Shown in pieces: positions 45,197 through 55,252 of a stretch of DNA of 64,000 bases. A model generated the notes under the pieces. That model saw only the letters and a list, made by a program, of their open reading frames with translations, had not been told where the DNA came from and searched no databases. The translations under genes were made by a program, and so were the position numbers. The DNA is from a virus (lineage: Duplodnaviria > Caudoviricetes): IMG/VR virus record IMGVR_UViG_3300028628_000004; one strand, written 5' to 3'. Every line of letters starts with the position of its first letter. The stretch's first letter is position 1.

Positions 45197-45731
45197 ATCT
45201 ACCAAGAAAACAAAAAAAGTAGAGATAGAAGATGATGATATCATTGGTAAGAAAACCGATGCTTTGAATACAGATATTATTGAAGTTATACCCGATCAGA
45301 TTAATGGAGAAGTTGTTGAAGAAGATGAAGTTACCGTTTATCGCGATATTATGACTATGACGGACGATGAAAGGTTTTCTTCTGATGACCATATGAGTCT
45401 CTCCACTATAAGATTATCGCCGCCACCAGCCCCGGCGTGGTACGATGATGTGTCTAAGTTGAAATTCAAAGTAGGGCAATTAGTTGTCTTTAAAGGATCG
45501 AAAGATTCAACTGTATATTATGTTAGCGGTCCCGATAAGAGAGAAAATTTTTACACCATAGTTCCTGATAAGTCTCTTAAAAGTATAGCGATATCTGGGG
45601 AGCAGATAAAATTGGCTCCTAAAGATTCAAAATGGACGAAATATTGGGATACTGTTCCCGTTATTAAAGCACCATCGTGGAAGGATAAAGACATTAAGAA
45701 CAATGTCAAGAAAATTAATAAAAAGAAGTAA
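45183..45731 (+). CDS. hypothetical protein
   Basis: KFKVGQLVV; GAGG RBS. Confidence 0.65.
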   Translation: MKKSKSTKKTKKVEIEDDDIIGKKTDALNTDIIEVIPDQINGEVVEEDEVTVYRDIMTMTDDERFSSDDHMSLSTIRLSPPPAPAWYDDVSKLKFKVGQLVVFKGSKDSTVYYVSGPDKRENFYTIVPDKSLKSIAISGEQIKLAPKDSKWTKYWDTVPVIKAPSWKDKDIKNNVKKINKKK

Positions 45732-45761
45732 TTTGTCTGTGTGATACACAGATAGACGGGA

Positions 45762-45794
45762 AAGAAACCCGCCCTTGATTGGGGCGGGTTTCTT
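45762..45794. terminator. 13-bp hairpin with a -35 box in its loop
   Basis: AAGAAACCCGCCC-TTGATTG-GGGCGGGTTTCTT. Confidence 0.6.
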
Positions 45795-45820
45795 GTTATA
45801 TTGTTTATAACGAGGAAAAT

Positions 45821-48007
45821 ATGGCTAAACATTCTACTCTTAAGCTTATCATGGGTAACTGCGCTGCTTACCAAAGGAAGCGGGACGGGACTCTTGAGGA
45901 AGTTCCCAGTGTCTATGAAGTCTCGAATGGTCGTGGGAAGTTTGAGGGTAATCGCTTCACCACTGCTCGTTTTTGGAAAAATATATCAACTAGGTATTGG
46001 CAGTTTGATGACTTCAAGTTTCACGGTGCTGCTGCTGCTTCATTTTTGGGTAACGCCCACCGTTTTAAGATTTGGTTCAACCCCCTTGAATCTTACAAGT
46101 TGCTCATGCGAGCCGCTTTGGATCTTCATTCTGACAAGGAAACTGAAAGAGAGATGGGTGGGAATCGTGGTAAGAGGGGAAGGAAACCAGTAGCTAAAGA
46201 CGCTACTCTTCCAAGTGAAGAGGACATTCAGAAGGAAAACGAAAAGGCTGAGAAGGAGTGGGAATCTGTTCTTAACAACACCCATCCCAAGTGCGCTAAG
46301 CTTCAGGCAAATTATGGTTGGAGTCCAAATCTCTATAAGGAACTTGTAGAGTCAGAAAAGACTGGTGAGTGGACTGATCGTGGCTGGGAGTTGTGGTGTG
46401 TCTCTCTTGTTAGTTGTGATTTTCTTTTCACTAACGTTACTGCTATCATGATTCACGAAGAGCAGCACATTATTCTTAACCACTTGAACCGCAACGGTAA
46501 GCGCGACCCGTACCAGATGAATCTGGCGCAGGACTATGCTATCAATCAGGAACTTGATTGGTCAGATGAAGTAAAGAAGGTTCTTATTACCTGCGATAAT
46601 GAAACTTTCTTCCAGCGTTTCATTATTTCTTATGTCAAGTACCTTTTGATCACTGAGAACGACCTTCGTCCAGAGATTGAGGACAAGTTTGGACTGAAGT
46701 TGGTCATGGTCCCTGGTGGGGACGAGCGTGCGAATCTGCAAGCCTTTATTGACAAGGCACTTCCGCAGGTCGATAGGATTTTCGAGAAGTACATGCTTCA
46801 GGGCGACAACTGGAACCATACTGATAAGACCGCAGGAAAGTCATCTGACTTCTATTACCGTGTCCTCATGGAGACTATGATCTTCCAGGGTGGATCCGGA
46901 AATGGTAAGGGCAATGGTAAGGGCAATGGTGGCGTCCGTGGTTATGATGGTCACGGGACTTGGGATGAAATTGCTGACGATGACGGTGAAGACGGAGGGG
47001 GTGAAGGTGGCGGTGAAGAAAAAGATGGCGAAGGCAAGGACGGTAAGGGCAAAGGAAAGGGCAAGGATGGCGAAGACGAGGGGGAAGACTCCGATTTCAA
47101 TAAGATTAAGGGAAAGGCACAGGGGGGTAAGATTGATCAGATTCGCAAAGCACCAAAGGGTAGTAAGGCGAAGAATGGTGGCAACTCCAGCGGTGGAGAG
47201 GGGGAAGGCAAGGAAGGCGGCGAAGGATCTGTCGCGAATGGCTCTCATGTCAAGGACCGAGGTAAGGGCGAGGGAGCGGGTGCCGAGCATGCTGGCTTTG
47301 ATGTAACTACCGCATGTTCCCGTCAGGAAATAAAGGCGTCCGTTCGCGATGCTCTTGAGCGTGCTGGTCTTAACCCAGATGATCCAGAAGAGTTGGCTCG
47401 CGCCCTTGGGCGCATCCCTGGAATGGGCAACCTTGGAACCGTCATTAGCGAGTTCTTTAAGGTTCCCACCAAGAACTGGCAGCAGATTCTTGCTAACTAC
47501 TTGGCTACCTCAATCAATGCCAAGGAAAAGGACTACACCATGTCTCGCGAAAACCGTCGCATTGCTGGGGTATTCCCGGGACAACGCCGTGAGCGCGGGC
47601 TTGATGTTATCATTGCGGTTGACACCAGTGGTTCTATCAACTACAACGACTACAATGATTTCGTTGGGCAGATTGAGAAGATTGTCAAGGACTGTGACTT
47701 GACTAAGGTTCGCCTTATTCAGTGCCACCACACGATTTCCTTTGACAAGGAAGTTATCTTGAGCCGCATCAAGCGAATCCCCATCTGCGAAACTGGCGGA
47801 ACGACCATGCGCGTCGTTTACGAGAAGTTGAAGAAAGAGGGCAACCGTAAGTTGCTTATTCTCTTCACTGATGGTTGCATTGATGATTTCCTCCAGAAAG
47901 ACTACCCAGGATTCAAGAGCATTATGTTCTTGAGCAGGGGCAATGGATGCTATGCCAAGCCTCTGATTGACCGTGGCTTCAAGGTCATCAGTCAGGATCA
48001 GGAGTAA
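45821..48007 (+). CDS. DUF2201-type metallopeptidase + VWA protein (MoxR partner)
   Basis: HEEQH...H..R, N.AQD.AIN, Gly-rich linker, VDTSGS, GGT, FTDG. Confidence 0.88.
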   Translation: MAKHSTLKLIMGNCAAYQRKRDGTLEEVPSVYEVSNGRGKFEGNRFTTARFWKNISTRYWQFDDFKFHGAAAASFLGNAHRFKIWFNPLESYKLLMRAALDLHSDKETEREMGGNRGKRGRKPVAKDATLPSEEDIQKENEKAEKEWESVLNNTHPKCAKLQANYGWSPNLYKELVESEKTGEWTDRGWELWCVSLVSCDFLFTNVTAIMIHEEQHIILNHLNRNGKRDPYQMNLAQDYAINQELDWSDEVKKVLITCDNETFFQRFIISYVKYLLITENDLRPEIEDKFGLKLVMVPGGDERANLQAFIDKALPQVDRIFEKYMLQGDNWNHTDKTAGKSSDFYYRVLMETMIFQGGSGNGKGNGKGNGGVRGYDGHGTWDEIADDDGEDGGGEGGGEEKDGEGKDGKGKGKGKDGEDEGEDSDFNKIKGKAQGGKIDQIRKAPKGSKAKNGGNSSGGEGEGKEGGEGSVANGSHVKDRGKGEGAGAEHAGFDVTTACSRQEIKASVRDALERAGLNPDDPEELARALGRIPGMGNLGTVISEFFKVPTKNWQQILANYLATSINAKEKDYTMSRENRRIAGVFPGQRRERGLDVIIAVDTSGSINYNDYNDFVGQIEKIVKDCDLTKVRLIQCHHTISFDKEVILSRIKRIPICETGGTTMRVVYEKLKKEGNRKLLILFTDGCIDDFLQKDYPGFKSIMFLSRGNGCYAKPLIDRGFKVISQDQE

Positions 48008-48011
48008 TAAT

Positions 48012-48404
48012 ATGAATGACAAGATTTATGTCAAGGACTTGGAGAAGATCATTGCCAAGCAGGAAAGAAAGATACTTAAGCTCGAAAAAGAAAAAATGAG
48101 CAGAGAGCGTGCTGCTGCCGTTTTTGCCGAGTATTTCATTGTTGAAAATGACACAATTCCTGGTGGATTAGCAAGTGATATGCGAGCCGTGCTTAGGCGA
48201 TTTAAATACTATCCCGAAGAAAAGCCAAGCTTTAGCAACTATGTTGCCGAAATGGATTCAAGTGATTATAAGTTACTTGAAAAGGCTGTCAAGAAACTAT
48301 TTTGTGTCGAAATAAAGGATCTTTGGCAGTATGGGTTACATATTGACACTAAACATGATAGTGGTAATATTAGTGACGATGACTCCGGACCTGTTTTTCT
48401 TTAA
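48012..48404 (+). CDS. hypothetical protein with zipper motif
   Basis: MNDKIYVKDLEKIIAKQE. Confidence 0.65.
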   Translation: MNDKIYVKDLEKIIAKQERKILKLEKEKMSRERAAAVFAEYFIVENDTIPGGLASDMRAVLRRFKYYPEEKPSFSNYVAEMDSSDYKLLEKAVKKLFCVEIKDLWQYGLHIDTKHDSGNISDDDSGPVFL

Positions 48405-48496
48405 CTTGTATCACACACTCAAACTAACCTCAGACCACATACCCCTTTCTTTCTCATAAATCCCCTCTACAATAAGCCCCATAAGGAACCAATACC

Positions 48497-49669
48497 ATGG
48501 CTCAACAGGAAATGTCCCGCAAGCAGATTATCGACTGCATCCACTTTGCGGTTAATCACTCTACCGAAAAGATCAAGTTACCAATTGCTATTTGGGGACT
48601 TCATGGTGTCGGTAAGACCCAAACCGTGGAAGAGGTTGCCAAGCAGATGGGGTATAACCTAGTCATTCTCCACCTTGCTACACAGGACGTTGCCGACTTG
48701 ATTGGTATTCCTCGCGACATGGAAGTGAAGGACGGGGACGGAAATATTGTTGACAAGGTTACGATCTGGTCTTGCCCCGATTGGCTCCACACTGCCCGCA
48801 AGTTGTGGAATGAGAAAAAGATCCCCACTATCTTCTTCCTTGACGAGATGAACCGTGGCAACCGTATGGTTCTGGCTGCCATGTTGCCGTTCCTCATCAA
48901 TGGTGTTCTCCACACCCACAGCATTGGACCCAAGGATGCGGTCATGGCGGCTATGAACCCGCCCACCGAGGACTATGAGGTTAACGATTTGATTGACAAG
49001 GCTCTTCTCAACCGTATGGGACATGTTATCATGCGCCCAACTCATGCCGAGTATGTAGACTACCTCAAGAATACTGGCATGGATAAGATAACTCTGTCGG
49101 TTCTCAAGGAAGATCCTGCGTGGACTAAGATTCCAGAGTTCGATCTTCCGTTTACCATTACCCCCTCCCGTCGTTCTATTGACTATGTTATGAAGGTCAT
49201 TGGTAAGATGGGTCGCGGTTGGGTCAAGGAACATGCTTCTCATATTATTGAGTGCTACCTTGGTCAGAATTTCCGTGATGCGTGGATGGAACACTTCTCA
49301 CGGCAGGGACAGTCCATCACCCTTGACATGCTTATCGACTATGATAACAACAAGGAGGAAATCACGGGTATTCTGAAGACCGAGATTGATGGGGAGAAGA
49401 CGGTTAGACTTGATCTTCTCCAGAAGGCAGTAGCATTGATTAAGCAATATATTGAGGATAAGAAGGATAAAATCACCCTGGAAGATGTTAATTGGATGAA
49501 GAAGTTTTTCAACAACCCGATCATTGACGATGAATACGCTGCGAGCGTATTCGAGGCTAACAAGCATATCAAGGAGAAGATGCTTACCGATGTCAACTTT
49601 AATGTTTCGGTCGGAAACTTCTTGCGAGAAAAAAAGATTTGGAACGACGATGGCATTCCTGTGTGGTGA
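48497..49669 (+). CDS. MoxR-like AAA+ ATPase
   Basis: IWGLHGVGKT, DLIGIP, FFLDEMNR, AAMNP, ALLNR. Confidence 0.9.
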   Translation: MAQQEMSRKQIIDCIHFAVNHSTEKIKLPIAIWGLHGVGKTQTVEEVAKQMGYNLVILHLATQDVADLIGIPRDMEVKDGDGNIVDKVTIWSCPDWLHTARKLWNEKKIPTIFFLDEMNRGNRMVLAAMLPFLINGVLHTHSIGPKDAVMAAMNPPTEDYEVNDLIDKALLNRMGHVIMRPTHAEYVDYLKNTGMDKITLSVLKEDPAWTKIPEFDLPFTITPSRRSIDYVMKVIGKMGRGWVKEHASHIIECYLGQNFRDAWMEHFSRQGQSITLDMLIDYDNNKEEITGILKTEIDGEKTVRLDLLQKAVALIKQYIEDKKDKITLEDVNWMKKFFNNPIIDDEYAASVFEANKHIKEKMLTDVNFNVSVGNFLREKKIWNDDGIPVW

Positions 49670-49751
49670 GTGATACACAGCACACAGAAAAACTAAACAT
49701 ATACCTTGAGTAATAAAATTTACACGATAGAATCAAACTAAGGAAACAAAA

Positions 49752-50828
49752 ATGACCGACAACTTTTCTCAAGCCGTTATGACCGCAAGCGAAGTCCTTG
49801 GAGTCAATCATCTTAAGACCGCAGTTATGGGTGGGACTATTATTGATGTGGACGAGGACGCGGGATACACCACAAAGGGCTGGCAGATGTCCGCTCTTAG
49901 GCGTCCAGAACAAGTTGTAGATTGCCCTAATAATGCTCTTCTCATTTATCCTGCTATTGAGCAGGCGGAACGAGAAAATGGCGGCAAGGAAGACATGCGT
50001 GTAATGGGTTCTTTGTGGATTAATGGGTTTATCCCACATTCCCGTGCCTTGGTTGATCCCGATAATGCTACGAGGGCAACCGCAACCACCATGTTTAAGT
50101 TTGGACTGGTTACTGTTGATCAGTTGTTCAAGTCGCGCAGTGATGACATTTTGGCAACGTTCTGCACTTTTTTCAAGTGGTACGGTGGATCAGACGATGA
50201 TAGGATTCTTCCCAAGGAGTTTGCCGATCCTTCGTGTATTGGAAAGAATGTAAGGAGGGGTATGGTATGCTCTAAGTGGGCGATTAAGCCCATCCCTGTG
50301 CGCTATGTTGTAAAGATTCGTGGAGATAGCGGAAGCAGGGATTCGGTATATTTTGTCGGTGGGTCGGATGAACTGATTAGTGATGATATGGATTCGCTAT
50401 CGGCGTCAATTGGAAATATGTATAACACTGCTAGAAATCTCAGAAGTTCGGCTTACAAGGCTGGAAATATCCCCAACGATGTCAAGTACTGTGATGATTT
50501 GTCAAACCCACAAAAGGTGTGGTACGAATATGATGAGGAAGATTTTAGCGATTCTCTGAGGAACCATGACCTGACTAAAGCACGCTTGATGATGAAAAAG
50601 ATCAATCGCACTCTTCAGGGTGTAATCTATATTCGTAACTATTTTCACTATGCCAAGAGATTCCTCAAGGTTAAGAAAGTTGCTGATTTTAATTTGAAGG
50701 TAAGCAGCACTCCAAGGGAAACTGATATTGATGAGATTATCAACAGATATGAGAACATCTATCAGTATATTAGGAACATCTGCCGTGTATATCCTGAGAT
50801 TGGCGAAGGTAAGTTAGAAGATAATTGA
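49752..50828 (+). CDS. hypothetical protein of the MoxR/VWA locus
   Basis: Own 16-bp-spacer promoter, AAGGA RBS. Confidence 0.75.
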   Translation: MTDNFSQAVMTASEVLGVNHLKTAVMGGTIIDVDEDAGYTTKGWQMSALRRPEQVVDCPNNALLIYPAIEQAERENGGKEDMRVMGSLWINGFIPHSRALVDPDNATRATATTMFKFGLVTVDQLFKSRSDDILATFCTFFKWYGGSDDDRILPKEFADPSCIGKNVRRGMVCSKWAIKPIPVRYVVKIRGDSGSRDSVYFVGGSDELISDDMDSLSASIGNMYNTARNLRSSAYKAGNIPNDVKYCDDLSNPQKVWYEYDEEDFSDSLRNHDLTKARLMMKKINRTLQGVIYIRNYFHYAKRFLKVKKVADFNLKVSSTPRETDIDEIINRYENIYQYIRNICRVYPEIGEGKLEDN

Positions 50829-50852
50829 CCTACATTTTTTGTAGATGGTATA

Positions 50853-50883
50853 ATACGGGGGCTTATGGCTCCCGTATTTTTTT
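50853..50883 (+). terminator. intrinsic terminator
   Basis: ATACGGGGGC-TTATG-GCTCCCGTAT then T-tract. Confidence 0.75.
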
Positions 50884-50890
50884 ATAAATA
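50883..50890 (+). promoter_or_regulatory. T4-type late promoter TATAAATA
   Basis: Upstream of 50900 ATG. Confidence 0.7.
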
Positions 50891-50899
50891 GAGGTATAT

Positions 50900-51307
50900 A
50901 TGACTGAAACATGGCTAAATGCTCCTTGGGTAGAAACTTATGAAAACTATGATTATATAGATGAACCTATTAATTTGGGGGACTTGGCGTGGTTTGATGT
51001 AAAAATATCTCTGGGTGAAACAGATAATGAGAAAAAGGAACATATTGAGGCAATGAAGCAACAAGTAAAGTTGGGTATATTGCAACCTAACGGATTGCCA
51101 ACGGGAATGAAGGTTCCAAATGCAACTATTAGTGCGTTTAATGACAATAATAAACTAACTCCGGTTTTTAAGATGCCAACCGCTACAAATAAGCATTTCA
51201 ATCCAATTGGAGTGTCACCGTTTAAGCCTGAAAAAAATATATTTGAAAAGGCGCATACAAAAATGAGTATGCTTGATGAATTAACTAGAGACAGGAGAAA
51301 ATCATGA
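50900..51307 (+). CDS. late hypothetical protein
   Basis: GAGG RBS. Confidence 0.65.
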   Translation: MTETWLNAPWVETYENYDYIDEPINLGDLAWFDVKISLGETDNEKKEHIEAMKQQVKLGILQPNGLPTGMKVPNATISAFNDNNKLTPVFKMPTATNKHFNPIGVSPFKPEKNIFEKAHTKMSMLDELTRDRRKS

Positions 51308-51513
51308 TAGAATCGTCGTACAAGTGTCCACATTGTGGTAAGCAGACCTTTGGGGTTTTGCCTACCCGTACTAATGAGGGAATTATTTGCCCACATTGTC
51401 TGAAAAACGGTCTAAACATAATAATGACAGAAAGAAAAACCCATTCCATTCGTCATATGGGCGACGGAATATATGTAAAGAAAAATATTAACGAATCGTC
51501 TGTTATCATTTGA
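51304..51513 (+). CDS. zinc-ribbon protein
   Basis: CPHC x2; AGGAG RBS. Confidence 0.65.
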   Translation: MIESSYKCPHCGKQTFGVLPTRTNEGIICPHCLKNGLNIIMTERKTHSIRHMGDGIYVKKNINESSVII

Positions 51514-51555
51514 TTAATCCCCCATGACAGCATATAATGCTTACATGGAGGTAAT

Positions 51556-52230
51556 ATGTTAAACGTAATATTTTTATTTGGGCATAGACAACAACACGGT
51601 AAAAATACAGCGGCACTGTTACTTGAAGGGTATCTTAGGGAAAATAATATAAGTTACATATCTACTTATTTTGCTAAAAAACTTAAGATGATATGTGCTG
51701 AAAAGTATGGTCTTGATTTTTCCAGAATGGAAGATAATGAATATAAAATGTCTTGTCCAGACTGGCTGGAAGAAAAGATAATATATTGGGATGTGGAAAA
51801 TAATAGAGAAGTCCCTCAATGGGTTTTTATGGATCCGGGGAAACTTAAAATAGAACAAAGAACGAAAAAAAGAACAGTGCGAGATGTTTTGCTTGAAGAA
51901 GGACAAAGATCGCGAGAGATATGGTACGATATTTGGGCTAGTGGTGTCTACGACGAAATGGCATCTTCAAATAAATCAGTAGGCATTGTTTCTGACTTTA
52001 GATATCCAAACGAATATACCTATTCCCAAAAGAAAAATATATCATGTAAGGTAGTCAAGGTGCTGGTCCATAGACCAAACGGCATATTCAGAGAAGATGG
52101 TGCCGACAATCTTCTACCAGATATTGATAAAAAATATTGGGATCATGTTATAATAAATGAAGAATCGCCACATTGGGAAGATAAAATGAAAACCGAAATA
52201 ATTACAATAGCGAGGGGATATGGCTTATAA
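51556..52230 (+). CDS. deoxynucleoside monophosphate kinase (T4 gp1-like)
   Basis: G....GK.T, FA..LK, T.RDVL..G, SDFRYPNE. Confidence 0.8.
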   Translation: MLNVIFLFGHRQQHGKNTAALLLEGYLRENNISYISTYFAKKLKMICAEKYGLDFSRMEDNEYKMSCPDWLEEKIIYWDVENNREVPQWVFMDPGKLKIEQRTKKRTVRDVLLEEGQRSREIWYDIWASGVYDEMASSNKSVGIVSDFRYPNEYTYSQKKNISCKVVKVLVHRPNGIFREDGADNLLPDIDKKYWDHVIINEESPHWEDKMKTEIITIARGYGL

Positions 52231-52480
52231 AATAGTTAAATTAAATAAGGCTAGATGTAAGGTATGTGGAGATGTGTTGATATCGAAATATGAGGGAAAA
52301 GAAGAAACTTGCTCATGTGGAAAATTGAAAATAGGCGGAGGAAATTCGTGGTTAAAAAGAAGTGGAAAAAGTGGAGTGGATTTTGAGGAACTTGCTATTT
52401 TAAATTTTAGCCAAGTCCCCGATAATGTTATTGGGACTGTGGACGATGACATCAATCAACAGAATCAAACCGAAGGATAA
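52220..52480 (+). CDS. conserved Zn-binding phage protein
   Basis: N.ARC..CGD.L.S......CSCG...IGGG. Confidence 0.7.
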   Translation: MAYKIVKLNKARCKVCGDVLISKYEGKEETCSCGKLKIGGGNSWLKRSGKSGVDFEELAILNFSQVPDNVIGTVDDDINQQNQTEG

Positions 52481-52482
52481 TA

Positions 52483-53208
52483 ATGAAATTAAACTACATA
52501 GACTCCCATAAGTATCTTAGTAAAATAAAAAATAGAAAAATGCAAGACGAGGGCGAAGGGGTAGATGAAGCTGAAGAAAAGCCAGAAGGAAATGACGCCC
52601 AAAATGAGGTACAATTTACCCTTCCGTATAACCTTATAATGCTTAATGGAGAAATTACAGATAAAACCGGAAAAGAAGTATCGGAGTTGCTTTTAGCATT
52701 TGACTTCAAGAATGCCTTAACTAAAATAATGCAACCTATTCACTTAATGATTAATTCTGGTGGTGGATCTGTTACGGCAGCATGGCAGATATGCGACATA
52801 ATGGACTGTATATCAACGCCAGTATATACTATAGGAGTAGGTACAGTTGCTTCCGCTGCACTTGCAATATTTATTAATGGTCAACGGGGACATAGAATAT
52901 TATCAGATAAGACAAGTATCATGTCTCACCAGTATACTTGGGGAATAGAGGGAAAATATAAGGATCTTGTCCATACTCAAGAAGAGTTTGGTAACATATA
53001 TCTTAGACTCGAAAAACATTACAAGAGAAATACGAATCTATCTAGTCAAGTTGTTAGAAAGAAGCTTTTAAGCGATGATTGTTGGTTGACCGCAGAACAG
53101 GCGCAAAAGTTTAAGCTATGTGATCATGTTATTGATTTTAGAAAGTATTCGCCTTTCTTTATTGCGTTGCCACCGAAAAAAGAGAAAACTAAAGGAAATA
53201 AGAAATGA
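52483..53208 (+). CDS. clpP: ClpP-family serine protease
   Basis: INSGGGSV, VYT...G.VASAA (Ser), MSHQ (His), D.WLTAEQA (Asp). Confidence 0.9.
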   Translation: MKLNYIDSHKYLSKIKNRKMQDEGEGVDEAEEKPEGNDAQNEVQFTLPYNLIMLNGEITDKTGKEVSELLLAFDFKNALTKIMQPIHLMINSGGGSVTAAWQICDIMDCISTPVYTIGVGTVASAALAIFINGQRGHRILSDKTSIMSHQYTWGIEGKYKDLVHTQEEFGNIYLRLEKHYKRNTNLSSQVVRKKLLSDDCWLTAEQAQKFKLCDHVIDFRKYSPFFIALPPKKEKTKGNKK

Positions 53209-53945
53209 CAGACAATAAATTAACCGTATTCAATAAGGATTCTATTAACAAGCTTATTGATCAATCAGCAAGTAATGCATTTGAGGTAGCTGACGAGTTA
53301 AATAAAATATCTCTAGTCACACCAGCCGAAGTTGCTATTCTTAAAAAGGCTCAAGTGTTTTTGCTATCAACCTACACGGATGTTCCTGCGTTCAGGTCGT
53401 ATATGGAAAAGTATGTGGGAGTTTTAACAAATTCTAGGTTTCCAACCCCAGACGCAAAATTCTGGCAATGTAAGAAAGAAGCAGAAGTACAGTTTAACGA
53501 ATTATTAAAGGCTATGTTGCGATTTAAAGCCCTAAATGTTGATATAGAAGAATGCTCATATAAAATAAAAGATTTAACTGCAAAAAAAGATACAGCAGAA
53601 CATCCGTTTCTTGTCGAATGTGATATAGCTAGGCTTGAGTTGAAACTTGCAGAAATAAAGCTTCATGTTAAGACAGTAGAAAAGGAAATAAAGTATAGGA
53701 TTGTTGAAATAGGAGATTGGAATGAAATCTCATCAGAATGGGAAACCGAATTAAAGCACAGTCCGAATGTATATGCTCAGCACGAAGTTGAGTCAATGTT
53801 AAAGTATATTTCTTACGAAATTTCTGCGGCTGCCGAAAAGAAGGACGAGAAAAGCGTTAAGATACTTTCATCTCAGCTTGACACATTAAAGTCATTTATA
53901 CAAAAAAGAATGGGAAAGATGTTAGCTAAAAACAATAATAGCTAA
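53205..53945 (+). CDS. coiled-coil hypothetical protein
   Basis: FPTPDAKFWQCKKE. Confidence 0.7.
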   Translation: MTDNKLTVFNKDSINKLIDQSASNAFEVADELNKISLVTPAEVAILKKAQVFLLSTYTDVPAFRSYMEKYVGVLTNSRFPTPDAKFWQCKKEAEVQFNELLKAMLRFKALNVDIEECSYKIKDLTAKKDTAEHPFLVECDIARLELKLAEIKLHVKTVEKEIKYRIVEIGDWNEISSEWETELKHSPNVYAQHEVESMLKYISYEISAAAEKKDEKSVKILSSQLDTLKSFIQKRMGKMLAKNNNS

Positions 53946-55249
53946 ATAACTCCACCATTAACATTCATTAATGTCCAATCGACACTACCGACGAATGGCA
54001 ACTCGGATTTTATTTTAAATCCAGTTGTCTTTTTGTCTGTCCACCATACGTTAATGTTTGATGAGCAACTTAGATTTATAGAATAGTCTGGAGTTTCAGT
54101 TGCGTTTTCGAACAATACTTCATATTCAGTGAAGTCACGATTAAAGTTGACTGTTCCGTGTAATCTAGGTACTTTAGATTTTGGATCTATGTTAAATAAA
54201 ACAGCATCAAGAGTAGATGTTGTCAAGTACTCAGCGCCACCAGAACCGTTGTTTATTTCTATCCCCAAAGTACGCTCATAGTGATTTGGGTGATAATCTA
54301 TGACCCTAAATTGCACCTTGATTAAATGTGAACGATTTTCATATGGTAGCTTCTCCACTACCGGACTGACACAGTTTAGATCGTTATTGACACATTCTAC
54401 TTTTTGACATCCACAATCTGCATTGCAATCTGTGTTGCTCTTTGGCTGTCCCGTGGTGTCAAATCTTCCAGTCGAAGCAAAGCCTGGAAGAGTCCCAAAG
54501 TAATTTAATGAAACAGGGAAAGACACCTTACCACCATTGTTCTGAACAACGGCGGTTCTTGTTAATTCAACTCCGGTAGAAGCATCATAAAGTCTGAATA
54601 GAACTGGTTCTGTTACGTTATATCCAGCGAATGCTATCTTTGACATTATTATTGATGCTTTATATTCTTCTTCGAAAGGTGGGAGGACCAATTCAAGGTT
54701 CTGTATATCCCACCATCTTGGTTCTCCCGTCTGTGGATCTAATGTCTTTTCGAAATTTGAAAGGGATACTAATGTCGCACAATATGGCAAACTATTAAAC
54801 TCAGCAAGAAACTTGTCTATTGACCATGTTCTATTCGGACCAGACGGATCGGACTCGCGTGGAAGATTGGCACATTTACTATGATCTAGGGATGATTTCC
54901 CCATCCACCAGAGCGATCCGTTAGTTAGGTACTTTCTCCAGCTTTGACAGGAATTTATTATTTCTTTAAGGGAATATTCTCTGGAAACAGTCTGGTCCTT
55001 AAAAAATAAGCCAACCCCATCATCAGTTCTCTTAGAGTATATTCCTTTCACTCTTGAGTATATTTCTTGAAAAGTCAAATAATCTTTATTTAATATATCA
55101 GTTATCCATTGATCTTTAAATATGAGATTGCCGTCTTCGTCTGTGAAGATGCCAACATCTACATCTGATATGTCACCAGTTGAGGTTGCCGCAGCATCTC
55201 CTTTAAATACCAGCCCATCTATCTGAAATGCTTTTGTGTTTATAGTCAT
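53942..55249 (-). CDS. virion/tail-associated protein, C-terminal H-lectin/gp53-like domain
   Basis: G.VNF...V.F...YSI.LS...NI.VWW..K.TTGF.I.....VDW. Confidence 0.65.
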   Translation of the reverse strand: MTINTKAFQIDGLVFKGDAAATSTGDISDVDVGIFTDEDGNLIFKDQWITDILNKDYLTFQEIYSRVKGIYSKRTDDGVGLFFKDQTVSREYSLKEIINSCQSWRKYLTNGSLWWMGKSSLDHSKCANLPRESDPSGPNRTWSIDKFLAEFNSLPYCATLVSLSNFEKTLDPQTGEPRWWDIQNLELVLPPFEEEYKASIIMSKIAFAGYNVTEPVLFRLYDASTGVELTRTAVVQNNGGKVSFPVSLNYFGTLPGFASTGRFDTTGQPKSNTDCNADCGCQKVECVNNDLNCVSPVVEKLPYENRSHLIKVQFRVIDYHPNHYERTLGIEINNGSGGAEYLTTSTLDAVLFNIDPKSKVPRLHGTVNFNRDFTEYEVLFENATETPDYSINLSCSSNINVWWTDKKTTGFKIKSELPFVGSVDWTLMNVNGGVI

Positions 55250-55252
55250 AAC

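Noticed and set aside
46890-47290. Gly-rich GKGNGKG/GEG stretch as collagen or separate ORFs
   Set aside because: Low-complexity linker typical of DUF2201-VWA proteins; no sustained Gly-X-Y
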